NCBI GenBank assembly: GCA_964635025.1
Contig: CAZWMY010000004.1
Location: forward strand, 13,526-77,525
From: an uncultured Desulfobacula sp.
Lineage (GTDB): Bacteria; Desulfobacterota; Desulfobacteria; Desulfobacterales; Desulfobacteraceae
Length of the DNA stretch: 64,000 nucleotides
Direction: 5' to 3'
This document shows, one piece after another, positions 17,722-26,011 of this stretch (its first letter is position 1; each line of letters opens with the position of its first letter). Below the pieces are notes generated by a model. It made no database searches and was not told the origin of the DNA. It saw only the letters and a list, made by a program, of their open reading frames with translations. The position numbers and the translations under genes are program-made.

Positions 17722-20418
17722 TCATACTTTTTCAATCCTAACCGCACAGGCTTTATATTCTGCGGTTTTGGAGATCGGGTCAAAGGCCGGGTTGGTCAGC
17801 CAGTTGGCATTCCCCTCCCGGAAATGGAAATCCATCCAGACCAGACCTTCCGGAACTTCACGAGTGATTCTTGCCTTGACTTCCACACCACCCCGGCGGG
17901 ATTCCACTTTGATTCGCCCGCCTTGTTCAATTCCCAGTTTTTTTGCATCTGCCAATGATATGTCGGCAACGCTTTCATTCAAGAGCTCATTTAATCCGTC
18001 GCAATGACCGGTCTGGGTCCGTGTATGGTAATGATACAGTCTGCGGCCGGTACTGAGAACGAGCGGATACTGCTCATCCGGAACCTCTGCCGAAGGCCGC
18101 CAGTCAATGGCGGAAAATTTGCCGAGACCGCAGGTAAATTGTCCGTCTGCATGGAGAAAGCAGGTGCCCGAATGTCTTTCATCCGTGCAAGGCCACTGTA
18201 GACCGTCTCCTTCAATGCGATCATATTTGATTCCCTTAAAAGAGGGTGCCATCAAGGAAAACTCGTTATCCCAGATCTCCCGGGCGCTGTTGGATTGCCA
18301 CTCATGGCCGAACCGTCCGGCGATCTCTTTGAATATCATCCAGTTGGGTTTTGCCTTGCCTGGAGCACGGCTGGCAGTACGAACCCGGCTGACACGTCGC
18401 TCGCTGTTGGTAAAGGTGCCGTCATTTTCACTCCATGCTGCAGCCGGAAGAATCACATCGGCAAACCGGGTGGTTTCGTTCTGGAAAATATCCTGAACAA
18501 CCAGAAAATCGGCTGATTCAAGGCAATGCTCTACGTGACGGATATCGGGCTCGGTATTGGCCAGATTTTCACCAAACACATAGAAGGCCTTGATTTTTTT
18601 ATTTACCAGTCCGTCCATCATATCCGGGATCATCATACCGACTTTGTCGGGAAGATTTTCAACTCCCCAAGCTTTACTGAATTTTTCCCGGACATCGGCA
18701 TCTATCACATTCTGATATCCAGGCATCACATTCGGCAATGCTCCCATATCGCATGCGCCTTGTACATTGTTCTGTCCCCGGAGCGGGTTTACGCCGCCGC
18801 TTTCAAGGCCGATATTTCCCAGCAGCATTTGCAAATTGGCAACGGACATGACATTATCCACGCCGCTTGTGTGTTCGGTGATCCCTAGCGTGTAGATAAC
18901 CATTACCGGTTTAATGGAAGCCAGTTTGCGGGCGAGTTCACGAATTGTTTCCGGTGGAATGCCGCAAATCTCAGAGGCTCTCTCGGGTGGGTATTCCTCT
19001 ACTTTTTCTTTTAGTTCTTCAAATCCGAACGTGCAGCGGTCGACAAATTTTTTATCATAAAGATTTTCTTTGATCAGCACATTCATGATGCCGTTTAACA
19101 GGGCGACGTCACTGCCGACTTTCAAGGGGATATGCATGTGGGCAAAGTCAACGAGCTTATGGGCGCGCGGATCGGCCACGATCAGGGTCGCCCCATTTTT
19201 GACTGCATTCTTTACAAACGTGGCCGCCACAGGATGGGCTTCCACCATATTGGAGCCAATAACGAAGAACATCTTGGCGTTTTTAAATTCACAGAAGGAA
19301 TTGGTCATTGCGCCTGAACCAAAGCTTGCCACCAGACCGGTGACAGTCGGAGCATGTCAGGTACGGGCACAGTGGTCAATATTGTTGGTTTTGAACACAC
19401 TCCTGAAAAGCTTTTGCATGTTGTATGAATCTTCATTGATACTGCGGGCGCAACTGACACCTGCCACCGAATCCGGTCCATGGGTTTCGATGGCTTCCCT
19501 GAATTTTGAAGCAACCAGGTCCAGTGCCTCATCCCATGAGGCTTCCATAAAGGTTCCATTCTTTTTGATCAAAGGGGTTGTGAGTCTTTCCTTGTCATAA
19601 ATAAAATCATAACCGAACCGGCCTTTGACGCAGAGTTTTCCATGATTCGGCTCTGCATTTTCAACACCCGTAACCCTGATAATTTTTCCCCGGTTCACAT
19701 GCAGCCAGATCTGGCACCCCACACCACAATAGGGGCATGTGGACCGGATTTTCTTTTGTTCCCAAATCCGGCCCTTGCCTTTGGATTTTTTCTCGGTCAG
19801 GGCGCCTACCGGACAAGCCTGAACACATTCGCCGCAAAAGACGCAATCGCTTCTGGGGTCCATCAGGGGGCTGTCATACGCAGTGATGATACCCGTCTGG
19901 ACGCTGCGGTAACCAAAGTCGATGGCATTGTTCACCTGGATATCATTGCATACCTGGACACAGCGGCCGCACAAGACACATTTGGACGGATCACGGATAA
20001 TAAAGGGGTTGGCATCATCAATGGCAGGATGTTTTACATCAGCGCTGAACCGGGGTTGCTCGATGCCGTGTTCATACGCCAGATTCTGGAGGGTGCAGTT
20101 GCCGTTGGCCTCGCATACCATGCAGTCATGTTTTCCGTATGCCAACAAGAGTTCAATGCTGATTTTTCGGATCATTTGGACTTCAGGCGTATCGGTTTTT
20201 ACAACCATCCCGTCTTTTGCAGGCGTGTTGCAAGCGGTCTGCGGCCTTTTGTTTCCATTGACTTCCACCATGCACACCCTGCAGGTAGCCGTTGGTGTAA
20301 CCTTTCCATAATAGCAGAGGGTCGGGATACGAATGCCGTTTCGGGAAGCTGCCTTAAGGACGGTATCTCCGTCTTTGAATTCATACTCGCTGCCGTTAAT
20401 AATAATTTTTCGACTCAT
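17722..20418 (-). CDS. fdhA: Selenocysteine-containing formate dehydrogenase alpha subunit with N-terminal 2Fe-2S/4Fe-4S ferredoxin-like domains; Sec encoded by TGA at 19357..19359
   Basis: Track ORFs 19357..20418 and 17722..19332 are in frame. The junction reads [32 protein letters not shown]. The N-terminus carries a 2Fe-2S motif (TCRVCMVEV), two CxxCxxCxxxC motifs (CVLCGRCVQVC, CVFCGECVQAC) and CPYCGVGC. Confidence 0.9.
19328..19356 (-). promoter_or_regulatory. SECIS-like element of fdhA-2
   Basis: A 12-nt spacer (CATGCTCCGACT) follows the TGA. Next comes the hairpin GTCACC-GGTCT-GGTGGC. The geometry and GGUC loop are identical to fdhA-1. Confidence 0.65.
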
Positions 20419-20481
20419 TCAACACCTTTTAATTCTCTTATAGATTGAGTTAACAATTCATAAACCTTAAACAATCAGATT

Positions 20482-20505
20482 CGATATGGCATAAAAAACA
20501 TATCG
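20482..20505. promoter_or_regulatory. ModE-box-like palindrome upstream of fdhA-2
   Basis: Sequence is CGATATG-gcataaaaaa-CATATCG. The palindrome extends to TTCGATATG...CATATCGAA (20480..20507). It lies about 63 nt upstream of the fdhA-2 ATG. Confidence 0.55.
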
Positions 20506-20649
20506 AATGTTTATCACTCGGTTTATTGATTGTCAAAGGGAAAATTAGCAACCTTTTTTTAGGAAAAAAGCGACAACCGACTTGGCTTACCGCTGTTGAA
20601 TGTGCTTGTGGCTTCTTCTTTTAAATAGGTTGTTTCCCAAAATGGTTTT

Positions 20650-21471
20650 TTAGTTCCCATCATTGGTGTACCTCGCTTTTGCCTTGACTTCTCCTCCGGC
20701 AGGCAGGTCGTTCCAGTTTACAAAATGCGTTCGGTTTAGGTAGAGCAACCGGATAATCTCAGCCTTTCCTCTCCTTTTCACAAGAGCTTTTGTCTCCTTG
20801 TACGCCTGAAGATAGGCTTTATCTTGGTCTTCACAGCCGGCCAGATCGTTCCACATATCTTCCAGAGAGTATCCGTCTGCCCTGAAAATGTCCTTTACAA
20901 ATCCGGCTTGAAAATTGGGGGTTACATCGGTCATGATCAGCATTGCGAGGCCTTCTTCCAACCACATGGGGACATCATGATTCTCCTTGCGTTTCATGGT
21001 AAACGGAGTGGAGCGGGAAATATATCCGACAAAATGGTGGGTAATTTCGTGCGCCAATATTGCTGACAGGCGGCTTTTATCGGCATTTTTGCCGCCTGAT
21101 AGCGGCGAATCAAGAAGAATAATATTTACACCATTCCGGATCCCTGGGGCGCAAGCATAGCCCTCACCGCAGGGCATGCATGTCATGTATTGAAGGTCAG
21201 CTACCGCAGGCGCCATCCAAAGCTCGATGGCAATGTCGCCTCGATAATCAAACCAGTCTTTAACGAACGCATACATATTCAAAAACAATTTGCTTACCGA
21301 TGCGATTGCCGATTCATCCGGTTTACCGTAGCAAATACTAAGATGGCTTGTCACCAAGTGTTTTTCCGTGATGCCCGGAGATTTTTCAAAACGCTCACAA
21401 AGATATTGCGTCTTTCGAAGGTTCAATCTTTGTTCAATCACGGAGTCCATGTTGTCCAGGCTTTTGTTCAA
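20650..21471 (-). CDS. Cytoplasmic MA-clan (gluzincin, Peptidase_MA_2-like) zinc metallopeptidase; last gene of the importer-2 operon
   Basis: It carries the HEXXH motif (ILAHEITHHF) and a downstream Glu motif (PMWLEEGLAML). There is no signal peptide. The start (21471 or 21450) overlaps the DUF364 stop. Confidence 0.65.
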   Translation of the reverse strand: MNKSLDNMDSVIEQRLNLRKTQYLCERFEKSPGITEKHLVTSHLSICYGKPDESAIASVSKLFLNMYAFVKDWFDYRGDIAIELWMAPAVADLQYMTCMPCGEGYACAPGIRNGVNIILLDSPLSGGKNADKSRLSAILAHEITHHFVGYISRSTPFTMKRKENHDVPMWLEEGLAMLIMTDVTPNFQAGFVKDIFRADGYSLEDMWNDLAGCEDQDKAYLQAYKETKALVKRRGKAEIIRLLYLNRTHFVNWNDLPAGGEVKAKARYTNDGN

Positions 21472-22279
21472 TCACTATACGCTCGGCATATTTGTCAAGA
21501 AAATGATAGCCTGAGCCTCCGGTTGATAGAATCTCCAGCAATCGGTCCGGCTGCGTCACGACCACTCCGCCGACTACCGTAACGCCTCTTTTAAAAAGCG
21601 GTTCCGGCAACGCACTTGCCGTAGGACCCATGACGGCGATCACAGCACCGGGTTTTGCAGCAGCCAGGATGCCTTCCAATGTATGATTGATCAGTGTGAC
21701 ACCCGTAATAATCAAAATATCTGCCTGGTTAATAATTTTGCCTGAACCTTCTGCCGGGATAAAGTGCGGCATTTCGTCATCGGTCAGCGTTTCCGGTTCC
21801 TGTTCAATAACCCACCAGGTTCCGCCGCGGGCCTTTAAAGCATGAAGGGTGGGAACAAAGGCACCCACAACAGCAACTGATTTTTCAAGCGGCATTTTTA
21901 CCGCATCCTGGGCATCCATTTTTTTTGTTATGGCATAATCTCCCGTTACCCCGTTTTTCCAGCATCCAGCACTCAGAGCATTCAGGGTTGCAATGGCCAC
22001 AGCCGTTTTGATTGGCTCATCAGAAGACAATCCAATGAGAACCTCTTTTACCGGCATGCCGTTCAGGTTTTCAGGGTTAAAGATTCGTCCTGCCGAACTG
22101 GGGCAGCAGACAGCCTTGGGAATCGACTTAACAGGAGTATAACATAACCCGCCGAAACCATTGGAAAGCTTAACTCCGGTGAAAAAAAGCCCGATAACGG
22201 CTTTTTCAATGGTCAGGTGGTTAAAGGCTTTCCCTGTTTTTTCTTTCACAAGATCAGATGTTTCTTCAAGGATTTTCAT
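21434..22279 (-). CDS. DUF364/DUF4213 protein (enolase-N-like plus Rossmann-like; 'putative heavy-metal chelation' family)
   Basis: 281 aa. It reads FFTGVKLSNGFGGLCYT, AVAIATLNALS, KSVAVVGAFVP and ADILIITGVTLINHTLEGIL..AVMGPTASALPEPLFKRGVTVVGGVVV, the pattern I associate with PF13938+PF04016. Confidence 0.75.
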   Translation of the reverse strand: MKILEETSDLVKEKTGKAFNHLTIEKAVIGLFFTGVKLSNGFGGLCYTPVKSIPKAVCCPSSAGRIFNPENLNGMPVKEVLIGLSSDEPIKTAVAIATLNALSAGCWKNGVTGDYAITKKMDAQDAVKMPLEKSVAVVGAFVPTLHALKARGGTWWVIEQEPETLTDDEMPHFIPAEGSGKIINQADILIITGVTLINHTLEGILAAAKPGAVIAVMGPTASALPEPLFKRGVTVVGGVVVTQPDRLLEILSTGGSGYHFLDKYAERIVIEQKPGQHGLRD

Positions 22280-22322
22280 TTTTTCTCCAAAATAAAAATT
22301 TTAGGCAATTATTTTTAATGGA

Positions 22323-23396
22323 CTATTTCCGGTCTATTGCCTGCCGCATGCCTTTGTTGCCGAGAATTTTTCGGGTCATGGCTTCATCCAGGTGAAGACT
22401 GAAAAAGGTTTGATAAAATCCTGCCATTTCTTTTTTCAGGTCAATGTCTGAAAAAAGATCGGGGTAAACGGTTTTTGCCGTCCAAAGTATGGCAAGCGGG
22501 GTTTCAAGACCGCCCGGATGCCCCCATCTGGAGATGCCGACAGGGATGGGGAATACTTTTTTGTCCTGTACCGCTTTGATGGGGGCCCATTTTTTGTCGG
22601 TCAGGATTTCCTGATCCACCCCGTCTTCATTCACGATGATGACATCCGGATTCCAGATCAGGATCTGTTCTATGTCTGCAAAGCTTTTATCCCCTTTGCC
22701 GTGCAAAGACTCTCCCACGGAGACATTGAGGACGCCCGCGGCTTTTGTCCATTCGGCTTCAATGGTTCCGGGGGCATCGGTTCTTCGGGATTCGTTGATG
22801 GAATGGTATAGACGGATTTTCTTTTCTTTTGGAATAAGCGCGGTTCTTTTGTCGACCTTGTCAATGATATCCCGGTAATACCGGGTATAGGCAAGGGCTT
22901 TTTCATGCCTGCCGATGAGTTTGCCCATCATTTCAATGGTGGTCATCTGTTCTTCCATGGTGTTGTAACCGGCAGTAAAATAGGGAAGATTGAACTGGTC
23001 CAGCTTTTTGATTTCCGCTGGTATGGCAGCGGTTTCGGGTTTGAGGAACACGATATCGGCCTTTGTTTTTAAAAGTGCTTCAATGTTGATGCTGCCTCCG
23101 TTTGAAGGGGTCGGGATATCTTTAATTCCCGGCACAATCTGATGCAACAGCACATCTTTTTTTAAACCATTAACAATGGCGACCATGTCTTCTCCTCTTC
23201 CCAGCATGGTCACGACATGGCCGCAGAACGCATAGAGGCAGGCAATCCGTTCCGGTATCCGGGGCAGGGTCAGGGGTCTTCCGGTATAGTCCGTGACCGT
23301 GACGGCATCAGCACCGGCTGCCGGGGCGAAAAGAAAAAGGCTGATGAGAATCTGGAAAAAAATCAGGTGTGTAAAAAGACGGTTGGTTTTATGCAT
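22323..23396 (-). CDS. Periplasmic substrate-binding protein, FecB/BtuF type, importer 2
   Basis: The signal peptide is MHKTNRLFTHLIFFQILISLFLFAPAAGADA. Motifs are KADIVFLKP, KKIRLYHS and WNPDVIIVNE. Confidence 0.85.
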   Translation of the reverse strand: MHKTNRLFTHLIFFQILISLFLFAPAAGADAVTVTDYTGRPLTLPRIPERIACLYAFCGHVVTMLGRGEDMVAIVNGLKKDVLLHQIVPGIKDIPTPSNGGSINIEALLKTKADIVFLKPETAAIPAEIKKLDQFNLPYFTAGYNTMEEQMTTIEMMGKLIGRHEKALAYTRYYRDIIDKVDKRTALIPKEKKIRLYHSINESRRTDAPGTIEAEWTKAAGVLNVSVGESLHGKGDKSFADIEQILIWNPDVIIVNEDGVDQEILTDKKWAPIKAVQDKKVFPIPVGISRWGHPGGLETPLAILWTAKTVYPDLFSDIDLKKEMAGFYQTFFSLHLDEAMTRKILGNKGMRQAIDRK

Positions 23397-23398
23397 TG

Positions 23399-24247
23399 TT
23401 ATTCATCCTGTCTGTGATTCATGGTTTGTATGGGGATAATGTGTTTGATGGTGCCCTTACCCGGTATGGCAAGGGCAATGACCGAGGTTTTGACATTGTA
23501 ATAACAGGATAGATTTTCTTCGGTCAGAGCCATGGATGGAGAACCGGAAATGTGAACCCTCTGATGGTTCATAAAGGCGACCTGAACCGGGATGCCCTCA
23601 TTTTCAAAATAAAAGGCGTGGTTGGGGAAATGGGTGGCCATGACAAGGGTCAGGTTTCTTTCTTTAACGAGGCGGGCAATGGTTTCCATCACAATGAGTT
23701 CATGTCTGAAATCCAGATGGGCAGTGGGTTCATCCATGATAATCACCGGGGTGTCCTGGATCAGGGCCCGCATGATCATGACAAGTTGGGTTTCCCCGCC
23801 GCTGAGAAGGGTATAGTCCCGATTTGTCAGATGAGAAAAGCCAAAGGAATCAAGCAGGTTTTCAACCCTTTTAATATCGTCTTCATCCGGCGAAGCATAA
23901 AACGAAGTATACGGGGCTCTTCCCATGACCAGTACATCCAGGACGGAAAAAGAAAAATGACGGCTATGTTTCTGGGGCACATAGGACATGGTTTGTGCAA
24001 TCTTTTTGGGTGAAAGCCTGTCAGAAGGCTGGCCAGCCAGGAAGACCCTGCCGGTGTCAAGTTTATGAATCCCTAAGATGCAATCAATGAGGGTGGTTTT
24101 TCCGCATCCATTGGGGCCCAGGAGACAAAGGATTTCCCCTTTTGAAACGCTCAGGTTCACTGATTTGAAGATCAGGCTGCTGCCAAAGGAAAAAGCTCCA
24201 TTCTCTATTGTAATGAGGCTTTTGTTTTCTGTAAGGTGCCTTACCAT
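23399..24247 (-). CDS. ABC ATP-binding protein, importer 2
   Basis: Walker A is GPNGCGKTT, the signature is LSGGETQ and Walker B is IIMDEPTAHLD. The start overlaps the permease stop (ATGGTAA). Confidence 0.9.
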   Translation of the reverse strand: MVRHLTENKSLITIENGAFSFGSSLIFKSVNLSVSKGEILCLLGPNGCGKTTLIDCILGIHKLDTGRVFLAGQPSDRLSPKKIAQTMSYVPQKHSRHFSFSVLDVLVMGRAPYTSFYASPDEDDIKRVENLLDSFGFSHLTNRDYTLLSGGETQLVMIMRALIQDTPVIIMDEPTAHLDFRHELIVMETIARLVKERNLTLVMATHFPNHAFYFENEGIPVQVAFMNHQRVHISGSPSMALTEENLSCYYNVKTSVIALAIPGKGTIKHIIPIQTMNHRQDE

Positions 24248-25253
24248 TCACGGCCCTTTGTTTTTTTCAGCAGATAAATAAAAAACGGTCCGCCGATAAG
24301 GGAGGTTAAAATTCCGAGAGGCATTTCACCGGTGCTGATGAGCCGGCTGATATCATCGACAATAACGAGGAATGCTGCTCCTGTGCAAAAAGCACCGGGA
24401 TGAGGTCTTTATTGTTATTTCCGATCATCATTCTTCCCATGTGGGGCACCACAAGTCCCACCCATCCGATGACGCCGCTGACACAGACAGCCCCGGCCGT
24501 GGCCAGGGTGGCGCAGACAATGATAAAGTTCCGGTTCAGGTTGACATTGATGCCGAGGGAATGGGCTTCCTTATCCCCCATGGCCAGAATGTTCAGACGC
24601 CAGCGGATCATCATGAGCCCGGCAGATCCTGCAACCATGGGAATGCCTGCGGTCAGGATCTGGCTGTATTCAGCCCTTGAGAGGCTTCCCATGAGCCAGA
24701 ACACAATGGCAGGCAATTGGTCGTAAGGGTCGGCCACATATTTAAGCAATGAGATGAGGGATGAAAAAACAGAACCCACAATCACCCCTCCAAGGACCAG
24801 GGTGATGGCCTGGGTAGAGGAGGTCAGCCTTCCGATGAAAAAGCACAGGAAAACAGCCAAAAGACCGAATCCAAAGGAAAAAGGATATACATAAAAAAAA
24901 TTGTCAAACAGGATAAGGGCCAATGCAGCGCCGAACCCGGCCCCGGAGCTGACCCCCAGCATGCCTGAACTGACCAGGGGGTTCCGGAAAATCCCTTGAA
25001 ACGCAGCCCCGCTCACGGCAAGGCTGCCGCCCACCAGGGCGCCAAGAATGACCCTGGGCAGCCGGACATAAAGAATGACGCTAAAATGTGTGGCATCAAT
25101 TTCCCGGCCGGTAAAGGGAGATAAAAGAAGGGTGATGATATCCGGAACAGATACCGGATACCGGCCCTGAAATATGGAAATAAAAATAAGAACCAAGGGC
25201 AATCCTGAAATCAGGATATAAAATCGTATCCGGTTTATCCGGGTTCGGTTCAA
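24241..25253 (-). pseudogene. FecCD-family ABC permease, importer 2, with an apparent 1-nt frameshift near 24383..24400 (or an assembly error at an A5/T5 run)
   Basis: Track ORF 24306..25253 (TTG start) loses the family consensus after ...DLIPV. A second frame continues with TGAAFLVIVDDISRLISTGEMPLGILTSLIGGPFFIYLLKKTKGREW and ends at 24241. That continuation matches the C-termini of the two paralogous permeases with no gap. Confidence 0.6.
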
Positions 25254-25999
25254 TATGCTTTTGCTTCCTTTTTGGTTATGGTCCGAAAAGGGATGCCGGT
25301 ATGTTCGATATCCTCATTGGCGGTTACAACAACTACCTGTTTATGGCCTTTTCGGACGGTTTTTGTTTTTTCCGATCCGATATGGACATGGGAATCAATG
25401 GGCAGGCCTTCACCGGCTTCAGTCACTAGTTGGTCGATAAAAGGATAGGTGCAAAGTTTTTCAACGCTGACAATATCGCCCGGCTGCCCCAGGTGATACC
25501 ATCCCCTGTAACGGCCGTCATTTCCGGAAAGTCTCAGCCCGATACCGGCCAGGGCCCCGACAACCCCCTGGCCTGTTCCGCCGTGTTCCGACAGATGGAC
25601 ACCGGTTTTCTCAGCAAGGGCATAGGCTGCAGATTTGGAGGATATTTTTATTTTGGCGTTTTTCCCGAATTCGATAAGGGCCTGATGGTCAAGGCTTTCC
25701 GTTATTTTTGCCACGCAAAGCCCGGGATCAGAGCCTTTTTCCGACCGGGTTTCAAGAAAAGCGGCCATCAGCTCAATAATGGGCTCAATGGCTCCCTGTT
25801 TCAGGGTTAATTCAAAACACATGGAAGAATTGTGGGAAGTATAGGGGATATCCTCGTGGACAAAAAGCTGGTGACGGCTGATGGCGCTGGTTTCAGCCAG
25901 CCCTTTTTCCTTCAGTATTCCGCACAGTCCTTCCACAAGCCAGCCGGTTCCCCTGGTCCCGGGCATATCCGTGTCATCAATGCAAACCAAATAATTCAT
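25250..25999 (-). CDS. Hypothetical cytoplasmic protein; motif order is reminiscent of the N-terminal kinase-like (TCKD) domain of archaeal TiaS
   Basis: 249 aa. It reads MNYLVCIDDTDMPGTRGTGWL ... IPYTSHNSSMCF ... DPGLCV ... GTGQGVVGALAGIG. The resemblance to TiaS (IDDTDS..G.CTTYL ... G.IGA.AA.G) is from memory only. It sits between the TBDR and the permease with a 12-nt gap and a 4-nt overlap. Confidence 0.4.
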   Translation of the reverse strand: MNYLVCIDDTDMPGTRGTGWLVEGLCGILKEKGLAETSAISRHQLFVHEDIPYTSHNSSMCFELTLKQGAIEPIIELMAAFLETRSEKGSDPGLCVAKITESLDHQALIEFGKNAKIKISSKSAAYALAEKTGVHLSEHGGTGQGVVGALAGIGLRLSGNDGRYRGWYHLGQPGDIVSVEKLCTYPFIDQLVTEAGEGLPIDSHVHIGSEKTKTVRKGHKQVVVVTANEDIEHTGIPFRTITKKEAKAY

Positions 26000-26011
26000 T
26001 TTTATCCTTTT

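Noticed and set aside
19642-20448. Long track ORFs antisense to real genes. Examples are 19642..20448(+), 1643..2341(-), 49242..49979(+), 50628..51197(+), 9893..10474(+), 36011..36475(+) and 31974..32462(-).
   Set aside because: The opposite strand encodes proteins with unmistakable family motifs (FDH, repeat protein, XDH large subunit, methyltransferase, MopB, permease). The antisense translations are low-complexity with no recognisable motifs, as expected for shadow ORFs.
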